Positions 52,097 to 61,344 of a stretch of 64,000 nt of DNA are shown piece by piece (the first letter of the stretch is position 1; every line of letters begins with the position of its first letter). Made by a program: the position numbers and the translations under genes. The DNA is from Octopus vulgaris (taxonomy: Eukaryota), in contig OX597820.1 in assembly GCA_951406725.2 (NCBI GenBank), positions 31,310,001 to 31,374,000 on the forward strand, in the 5' to 3' direction. The notes below the pieces were generated by a model, which was not told where the DNA came from, made no database searches, and saw only the letters and a list, made by a program, of their open reading frames with translations.

Positions 52097-53712
52097 ATGT
52101 TTGTGTATCTGTGTTTGTCCCCCCAACATTGATTGACAACCGATGCTGGTGTGTTTACGTCCTCGTCATCTAGCGGTTCGGCAAAAGTGACCGATAGAAT
52201 AAGTACTAGGCTTACAAAGAATAAGTCCTGGGGTCGATGTGCTTGACTAAAGGTGGTGCTCCAGCATGGCCACAGTCGAATGGCAAACAAGTAAAAGAGT
52301 AAAAAGAGAGAGTAATTACTAAGCTGGTAATTGGGGCATAAATCAACATGTAAGCTTAATGGGAAATTTTCATTTAGATCACCTTAATATGAGAAGTTTG
52401 TGTCATAGAAGATTGGCATCAAAAGAATTAATAGTAGCAAGCCAAGCTTTTGAAGATCTTAGGCTTGAATTTGTGCCAGAAATTCTTTACTTTAACCCTT
52501 TTGTTACCCATATTTTTGTTGGCATACACTAGCTTTGCTTCAATTAATTTTGAAAATAATAAAGAATTTAGTCAAAAGCTGTGGTTGAAAAGTTCAATTC
52601 ATAAACACGTGGTTTCAGGTTCAGTCTCAATGTGGAACACTTTGGGTAAGTGTGTTCTATAAGCATGAGACAACCAATACCCTGTGAGATAATCTGGCCA
52701 ACAGAAACCGTGTGGAAGTTCTTCAGCACCTTAGGCAAGTGTTTTCTGCTATAGCCTCGGGCTGACCAAAACCTTGTGAGTGGATTTGGTAGACGGAAAC
52801 TAAAAGAAGTCCGTCATATATATGTATATATATCTGTAGGTGTGTGTATATGTTTGTGTGTCTGTGTTTGTCCCCTCAACATCGCTTGACAACCGATGGT
52901 GGCGTGTTTACATCTCCGTAACTTAGCGGTTCAGCAAAGGAGACTGATTGAATAAGTACTCGGCTGCCAAAGAGCAAGTCCTGGGGACGATTTGCTCGAC
53001 TAAAGGCAGTGCTCCAGCATGGCTGCAGTCAAATGACTGAAGCAAGAGAAAAGAGAAGAGAAGAGATAGAGGGAGAGAGACTGTGTGTGTGTGTGCGTGT
53101 GTGTGTGTGCGTGTGCGCGCGTGTGTGTGAATGTTTGTTCACCCACCACTGCTTGACAACAAGTGTTACTTTATTTTCCAATACGCTTTGCTGCTTGGCA
53201 AAAGAGAATGACAGAAGGTGGCAAGCTGGCAGAAATGTTAGCACACCAGGCAAAATGCTTAGCGATATTTTGTCTGCCTTTACATTCTGAGTTCAAATTC
53301 CACCGAGAACAACTTTGCCTTTCATCCTTTCAGAGTTGATAAATTAAGTACCAGTTACGCACTGGGGTAGATGTAATCGACTCAATCCCTTTGTCTGTCC
53401 TTGTTTGTCCCCTCTATGTTTAGCCCCTTGTGGGCAATAAAGAAATAAGAGAGAATGACAGAATAAGTGCCAGACAAACAAAAAAAACATATGTGCAAGG
53501 ATCACTTTGACCAAACCCTTCAAGACAGTGCCCAAGTGTGTCTGCAGTTCAGTGACTGAAACAAGTAAAAGATACAAGATAATTAAACTGGTGTCTGGGA
53601 CATAAATTAACTTGGAAATTTGACAGGTTATAATTTAGATCACTTTAAAGAAAGTTTGTCTCATACATCCACGGGCAATTTCAGACAGGCTGGTTGGTAT
53701 CAGAAGGGCAAA
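51779..53712. mobile_element. Nest of two piggyBac-type MITEs split by SINE A and SINE B insertions
   Basis: ttaa|cccttttgttacccatattt starts near 51779 and 52492. The right parts resume at ~52312-52430 and ~53580-53710. SINE A at 51871-52310 and 52725-53060. SINE B at 53217-53449 with a 14-bp TSD agagaatgacagaa. Confidence 0.75.
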
Positions 53713-53766
53713 GCACTTCCTTGGCTAATTTGCTGAATTTAGCTTAATTATATAAATTCACTACCT

Positions 53767-53992
53767 ATTTCTTTATTGTCCACAAGGGGCTAAACATAGA
53801 GAGGACAAACAAGTACAGACAAACGGATTAAGTTGATTACATTGACCCCAGTGCATCACTGGTACTTAATTTATCGACCCCATAAGGATGAAAAGTAAAG
53901 TCGACCTCGGCGGAATTTGAACTCAGAATGCAGCAGCGGACGAAATACCACAAAGCATTTCGCCCGGTGTGCTAACGTTTCTGCCAACTCAT
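53767..53992 (-). mobile_element. Young SINE family B copy
   Basis: Inverted relative to, and highly similar to, the copy at 53217-53449. Confidence 0.9.
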
Positions 53993-54579
53993 CCAAGATC
54001 CTTGCAGCAAACAATAGAGTAACATTTATTCCCTGATGTTAAAATACCACAATAAATTGGTGTTTAAGGATAACCAAAGTGACTGGAGAGAAGTGTTTCC
54101 TCTTCCTCAAGATGAAGTACCTTATTTAAGTACAAGGATTGACAATGGTACAAGAACAGCTAAACAGACTTGCTCTAATGGCAATTGGAAACAATGTTCT
54201 CATAGAATTGCATGAAACAATTACATTTTAATTGTTTTTAACCTTGTAAAAATAAACTGAATTTTGTTTTCTAGACTGACTTGAAAAAAATTTTTTTTTA
54301 ACGTTTTGAAAATATTAATGAGGGCCTCGAAGCCCCGATAGACCATGTCCTACAAAATCTTAATCTGGCAGTGTGTGTATGTAATACACATGCATAGCAA
54401 TTCAAACAGCCACACATGTATCTACATACAAGTGTATACACACGCGCACACACCCATACCAGCATGGAAAACGAACGTTCACACACACGTACATATATTT
54501 TTATGGTGATCGAAATTTAACCATTTTTATTTATCATACACACACGTATATACATACATACATACACGCGCGCGCATAT

Positions 54580-54643
<64 letters not shown>

Positions 54644-54658
54644 TTATTATATAGAAGG

Positions 54659-54709
54659 AGCTTCTACAGGACTAGTACTGTTTCATTCAAGAGAAATCTT
54701 CAGGAAGCT
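54659..54709 (-). ncRNA. Type I hammerhead ribozyme (outer design, left copy)
   Basis: Exact reverse complement of 59306-59356. Confidence 0.8.
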
Positions 54710-55069
54710 ATTTAACAAGAATTGTATTAGCATTTATACATTTAGGCAGGTTTAAAGGAGTGGTGGTGGGGGACTTTTTGGGGGTAGGCATAGCGCAAAA
54801 TATCATACTTGGGGGAGTGGTCAAGGAGTCAGTGGTAAGTTAGATGAAAGAATAGATAAATAAAAAAATAAAAAAATATAAAAAAATAATAAAAAAATAA
54901 AAAAATAATAATAAAATAAAATAAAAAATAAAATAAAAAAATAAAAAAAATAAAAAATATAAAAAATATATATAAAAAAATATATATAAAATATATATAT
55001 ACAAAAATATATATATAAAAAAAGGGGGGATAGAGTTATAGGTAAATAAGGAGATTCTCACTTATACCT

Positions 55070-55633
55070 ATACACACATGTATACGTATCTACACACACA
55101 TACATACATACACATATATATACACACACATATACATATATACATATATATACATATATATACATACCTACACATACACACATACATACATACAAATATA
55201 CATATACATGTATATATATATACAATCCAATACAGGCCCATTCCCTAATTTTAATTTTATTATCTTCATTTATTACTTTTGTTATCTTTGATCGCTAGGG
55301 CTAAGAATCCTGGCAATGGCTGCATGTCCATTTGTCTGTCTACTAGAAGGCAAGTACTCATTCCCGCACGCACACTCATTAGCACGTACATTCACCCATT
55401 CGTACACTCATACACATACACGTACGCACGCGTTATATTCATACATACAAACATCTACATACGTTCACGTATATACACATACGTACTCGTACCTACAGAT
55501 TCGTGTCTACACTTTAGGAGGCTAGTCTATACATATACACCAATAAATATACATATATATACCCGCATATACATACACACACACACATATGTACTCCTAC
55601 ATACAGATACATACCTATCTATATATATATATA

Positions 55634-55669
<36 letters not shown>

Positions 55670-56177
55670 CATACACATACACACATACATATACACACAC
55701 ATACATACACATATATATACATACACAAACATATATACACACATATATATATACATACACACATACACACATACATACGTATACATACATACATACATCC
55801 ATACATCCATACTTACATGCATTTATACGCATACACACACCCATCTATATATATGTACATATATATATATATATATATACACACACTCACACATACATAT
55901 ACAAATCTACGCACACACATACATACATACACGTATACGCATACACGCACATACACATATACATGCGTACCCATACACGTGCACACACGCACGCGCATCC
56001 ATATATATATACACACACACACATATATATACACGTGTGCAAGCATACATACATACTCATACGCGCACACATACTTACAAATACATATATGCACACACTT
56101 ACACACATATATATACATACACATATACATGCATACATACATATATGCATACATACACACACGCACTCATATATATA
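55070..56177. repeat. Degenerate (CA)/(TA) compound microsatellite field (also 58139-58850 and 60060-61050)
   Basis: Directly visible. It is the source of the spurious H/T/Y/I-rich ORFs. Confidence 0.95.
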
Positions 56178-56542
56178 GGTTATAAAAATGAGATAGGGGT
56201 TGAAAATTCAACCCACCATGGGATAATATATATCCAATATACTGCTAGATAGGTACCCAACAAAAATAATACATAGATGTTAAAAATTGTCAAGCAATCA
56301 GTTCATCTATTGTATTAAATGGGTAAAGGTAATAATATTACCGTAAATTAATACTACAAAATTAGAGAATGGAGAAACATACTTAAATCAGTAAAACATC
56401 AACTATCCGATGATACTCAATCCATACTTTAATACACCATTACATATGAGTAAAGGCAATATATAAAATGAAATGAGATATACAGTAATAGTAAAAGTAA
56501 AAAGATAAAGAGATATAAGTAAAAAATTTCAAATATAATATG

Positions 56543-56680
56543 CAAATAAATCAAAACTGACAGCTGTTTCGGCAGTGAGGACAGTCATACCTCATTTAAC
56601 CTATAAGCCATAAAGGCAGGTATAAATGAGGCATTAACAAGGATGCCCCACGGCCTCTTCAGAGAATTAAATTAAATTTG
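56543..56680 (-). ncRNA. Type I hammerhead ribozyme (inner design, left copy)
   Basis: Reverse complement of 57811-57948. Confidence 0.78.
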
Positions 56681-57011
56681 TTATAATAGTGAAAAATATT
56701 ATATAATCATATACATATAAATATAAAAATATAAAAATGTAAAATATAAAAACTTATATATCATAATGCTACACTTATATAATATAATACACATTTGTAC
56801 AAAAAGGAAGGTAAACAGAACAATATAAAACAAAATATATAACAGTGTATATATTAATATTAATAAGTACCGATATTATACATATTTGGCTAATAGTTTT
56901 TTTTAAAAAAAAAAAAAAAAAAAGGCTAACACATATGGAGATGAAAAATAATAATTAAATCCGTGGTACAGTTCATAAAATTCTAAAGCTATAAAAGTTA
57001 ATAAAAATTAC

Positions 57012-57061
<50 letters not shown>

Positions 57062-57810
57062 TAATAATAATAAAAAAATACTAAAAATAGATACAGTTAA
57101 GTTAGCACCAAGTCCATCCTTTCAAGATCGAAATAACTATGAATTAAGAAATGCTGACCACTAGGTAAAGAAAATTTAGATTAATTCGATTGGCTATTGG
57201 TTTGAAATTTAAATCACAAAAGAAAATTATACGGTTGGTTAGTCAAGGAACGCCAATATTCACACACGCATCTACAGATCAATCGCACATACACACATAG
57301 TTATATGTATATACATACACTTATACACATACAAAATTACAAGCAACAACTAGCACTTAGATAAACAAAAAAGGGAAGCAACTATGCTAACATCTAGTCC
57401 TTCAAAATTATAACTGAGCCTTAATAACAAAAAAAGAACCATCCATGCATTCTATAAAATATTTAATTTAGATATAAATATATTTTTAAATATCAGTATG
57501 TTACTAATTTAGATAATTATTTCATGGGTAACTTAAAATTTATAACACCGGTTTGTTACAGAGTAAACATACGGTTGTTAGGTTTATCGTAAGTTTGTTA
57601 TGATTTTATGTATAATATCGGTACTTATTAATATTAATATATACACTGTTATATATTTTGTTTTATATTGTTCTGTTTACCTTCCTTTTTGTACAAATGT
57701 GTATTATATTATATAAGTGTAGCATTATGATATATAAGTTTTTATATTTTACATTTTTATATTTTTATATTTATATGTATATGATTATATAATATTTTTC
57801 ACTATTATAA

Positions 57811-57948
57811 CAAATTTAATTTAATTCTCTGAAGAGGCCGTGGGGCATCCTTGTTAATGCCTCATTTATACCTGCCTTTATGGCTTATAGGTTAAATGAG
57901 GTATGACTGTCCTCACTGCCGAAACAGCTGTCAGTTTTGATTTATTTG
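57811..57948 (+). ncRNA. Type I hammerhead ribozyme with palindromic minimal stem III and long stem II
   Basis: CTGAAGA (57829-57835); stem II ggccgtggggca...tgtcctcactgcc with an inner stem tgcctcattta/taaatgaggta; GAAA (57921-57924); palindromic acagctgt; GTC cleavage triplet (cut after 57932). Stem I is AU-rich and imperfect. Confidence 0.78.
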
Positions 57949-58137
57949 CATATTATATTTGAAATTTTTTACTTATATCTCTTTATCTTTTTACTTTTAC
58001 TATTACTGTATATCTCATTTCATTTTATATATTGCCTTTACTCATATGTAATGGTGTATTAAAGTATGGATTGAGTATCATCGGATAGTTGATGTTTTAC
58101 TGATTTAAGTATGTTTCTCCATTCTCTAATTTTGTAG

Positions 58138-58176
<39 letters not shown>

Positions 58177-58233
58177 TATACATATATAGACATATATACA
58201 CATACATACACATACATACACACATATACACAC

Positions 58234-58264
<31 letters not shown>

Positions 58265-58479
58265 TACACATACATATATACACATATACATACATATACA
58301 TACACACACACACATACATATATACATATACACTGATACACATACCCATACATACACATGCATATACTTATATCACTACATACTCACATATATAAACATA
58401 TATACATATACACACATACATATATACATGTACATACACATACGTATGCATATATATATATATATACATATATATACAC

Positions 58480-58520
<41 letters not shown>

Positions 58521-58782
58521 TACATACACACATATACATGTATACATACGCGAAAATGATACACATATATACACATACACACACACAGACAGATGCATAT
58601 ACATACATATATATATATAAACTACATATCTATATAAATACATACATAATACACATATACACACACATATATATACATTCATGCATATACATATACAAGT
58701 ATACATACACATACATACACACACACGCGCACACATACATATACACACACACATATATATACAAATACATACATACACACAT

Positions 58783-58821
<39 letters not shown>

Positions 58822-59305
58822 CATGTACACATATACATATGTATATATATATCAACAAGGGAGGGTAAAGTTAATTAGTTATTAATCAATTTCATCAAGT
58901 GTTCAGTATGTAAAGGGACCATTATTATTTTGAGTAAACAATGTTAGAGGGAAAAAAATTCTCTAAGTAGTGGAAGAGGCTAAAAAACTTTATTGGCTGC
59001 TATTTCTAGAAAGTTTAGTATGTGGCAAAGTAATTTATTTTATTTTCCTAAGCCCTAATTATATAATATTTTATACATACATACACATACATAAGCACAT
59101 ACATTTACACATACATATGCATATACATATGCATATGCTTACACATATTTTTATTTATCTATTCTTTCATCTAACTTACCACTGACTCCTTGACCACTCC
59201 CCCAAGTATGATATTTTGCGCTATGCCTACCCCCAAAAAAGTCCCCCACCACCACTCCTTTAAACCTGCCTAAATGTATAAATGCTAATACAATTCTTGT
59301 TAAAT

Positions 59306-59356
59306 AGCTTCCTGAAGATTTCTCTTGAATGAAACAGTACTAGTCCTGTAGAAGCT
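59306..59356 (+). ncRNA. Type I hammerhead ribozyme (compact, 51 nt)
   Basis: agcttc-CTGAAGA-t[ttc tctt gaa]t-GAAA-cag tactagtc ctg-TA-gaagct: 6-bp stem I, short stem II, 3-bp stem III with an actagt palindrome in the loop, GUA cleavage triplet (cut after 59350). Confidence 0.8.
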
Positions 59357-59439
59357 CCTTCTATATAATAAATTAATTTTACTCTGCTATGTATTGAGTA
59401 CCTTACTTACTGTGGTTAACCCCGAATCAACCCGGGACC

Positions 59440-59482
<43 letters not shown>

Positions 59483-60129
59483 TCAAAATAAGCAACAAGC
59501 ATGACTCCGGTAATTTGGTACGATCGTTTCGTACTACAACATTTTATTAAATGACTATTTTGATTATAATCACCCCACGGATTTTTATGGATAACACCAT
59601 ACAAAATTCTGGTGCATCTAAATTAAGTACCATATTCATTTGAATCTAAATTTTGCTGAACTTCTATATATATGCATATACACACACGAATATATACATA
59701 CATATGTTTATAAACACACGCATTCACATGTATATACACAAAGCCATATGGATAAAGCAGTTTTCGTGAAATTTCGAAGTCACTTTCAACATATTTGATA
59801 ACGTTTTTATCCAGTTGTTTCCTCAGTCAATCCTCGTTGACTGAATGAATATATATTTAAAACACCTAATTTTAACCACATACATACGCATGTATGTATA
59901 CACCCGCAGAGGTACATACATGTGTAAAGTGACCATCTAATGTCGAAGCGAAAATGAAAGACATCTGTGAAAGGAAGAAATAAAACAGATGACGACAGTG
60001 GAGAGTTTGAGGAATGGAAGACTTGCAGACGAGAGTAAGAACCACTTGCAATATATGATAATATACACACAGGAGTCAGTGTGTGTATACATATATCAGT
60101 TACTATGTACATAGTCGTACTATATTGAA

Positions 60130-60175
<46 letters not shown>

Positions 60176-60701
60176 GAAAGAAATACAACATATAATAGAA
60201 CCAGACACACAGAGAAATACAGAACCCACCCCTCGTACATATATGTGGGTATGTATATGTGAGTGTGTGTGTATACACACACCGAAAAGGAATGAAGAAT
60301 GACAGACGACAAAAAAGAATCACATACATACGTAATCCATACGTGTGTACGTGTGTATACAGATACAATTGTTTGTGCATGTACGCGTATGTGTGCATAC
60401 GTTGTGGGGTGTATGTATAAGTGTGGGTGTATGTATGTATGTATATATATATATATATATATATACACACAAACATACATACACACAAGCGCGCTCGCGC
60501 GCTCAAAGAAAGATTATGTATGTATGTATGAGTATATATCTTATCATACACCCACACATTTACATGCATGCGCTTATTTGCAATAGACATAATATAGTGT
60601 GTGTGATCCCACAGTGTGTTTATGTATATATACAAACACACACACACACCCATGCACGCACGCATATACACATGCATGCATATTCCTTGTGTGTGCGCGT
60701 G

Positions 60702-60734
<33 letters not shown>

Positions 60735-60821
60735 GCACGCGCGTGCAAGCACATATTTATAATATAAAATTGAAAGCCTACTTAAACATACTATACACAC
60801 GCACGTCTGTGCTTGTGTGTA

Positions 60822-60867
<46 letters not shown>

Positions 60868-61119
60868 TATATATACACACACATACATACATTCATTCAG
60901 TGTACGTCTAACTGGCTTTTATTTGTTTTCCTGCAATTCTTTTTCTTTTTTTTTTTTGTAGTTTTGATTTACCTATATATGTATGAGTATATATATATAT
61001 ATACATTCATACATACATACATACATAGAGACACACACACAAACACATATTAATAAAGAAAAGGACAATAAGATAAAAATGTTCAGGGGGAAGGGAGAAA
61101 GCGAAAGTTTCATATTTAC

Positions 61120-61192
61120 CGTCTAGACGTCCCAAGTCAGAGTAGTCAGGTCGTACAGACATTGTTCATGGAGATGATTTCGCGAGTAGATC
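61120..61192 (-). CDS. Candidate 73-bp exon, possibly containing a start codon (ATG at 61162)
   Basis: Minus strand gtgttgtcttttcggttcacAG acceptor and ACG|GTAAAT donor around CpG-containing unique sequence. From acaATG it reads MSVRPDYSDLGRLD plus one base (phase 1). No protein family recognised. Confidence 0.3.
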
Positions 61193-61344
61193 CTGTGAAC
61201 CGAAAAGACAACACACTGTCAACAACAACAACCCCTCATAAAAAAAAAAATATAAAGGTGTCAGTGGAATATAAAAAGCCGTAAGTGGTTTTATTCATAC
61301 ATAAGCGCCATTGCTGGGGCTGTCAGCCTCGCTTTGGAGCTGAG

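Larger units (their letters stand above)
56178..58138 (-). mobile_element. Inner element: putative non-autonomous Penelope-like element with 532-bp inverted arms
   Basis: 56353-56884 is the reverse complement of 57607-58138 (no mismatch noticed by eye), with a 722-bp spacer. The left arm has a ~175-bp extension ending in a gggttgaa/ttcaaccc hairpin. Both ends abut (TA)n. Confidence 0.72.
54642..59441 (+). mobile_element. Outer element: putative non-autonomous Penelope-like element with inverted pseudo-LTR arms
   Basis: 54642-54865 is the reverse complement of 59148-59373 (one homopolymer indel seen). Both arms contain a hammerhead. The right arm has a ~68-bp extension. Both outer ends abut (TA)n. 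No RT/GIY-YIG ORF seen. Confidence 0.7.

Noticed and set aside
3794-52290. Recurrent peptide DRLLSVSVYQIHSQGFG.PEAIVEDTCPRC.AVGLNPEPCGW in many ORFs
   Set aside because: This is the antisense translation of the SINE A head and core, not a gene family.
55298-55349. Possible plus-strand micro-exon (ctAG...AAG|GCAAGT) inside the outer hammerhead element
   Set aside because: The GC donor is non-canonical, the segment is very short and no partner exon is evident, so it is not distinguishable from chance.
55279-56252. 299-aa and overlapping H/T/Y/I- or C/V/M-rich ORFs (also 58059-58885 and 59807-61053)
   Set aside because: They are translations of (CA)/(TA) microsatellites, open in several frames on both strands only because the repeats lack stop codons.
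59515-59535. Minus-strand GAAACGATCGTA, resembling a hammerhead 3' half with palindromic stem III
   Set aside because: No matching CTGANGA with a plausible stem I or II was found at a suitable distance. It may be a truncated remnant but is unsupported.
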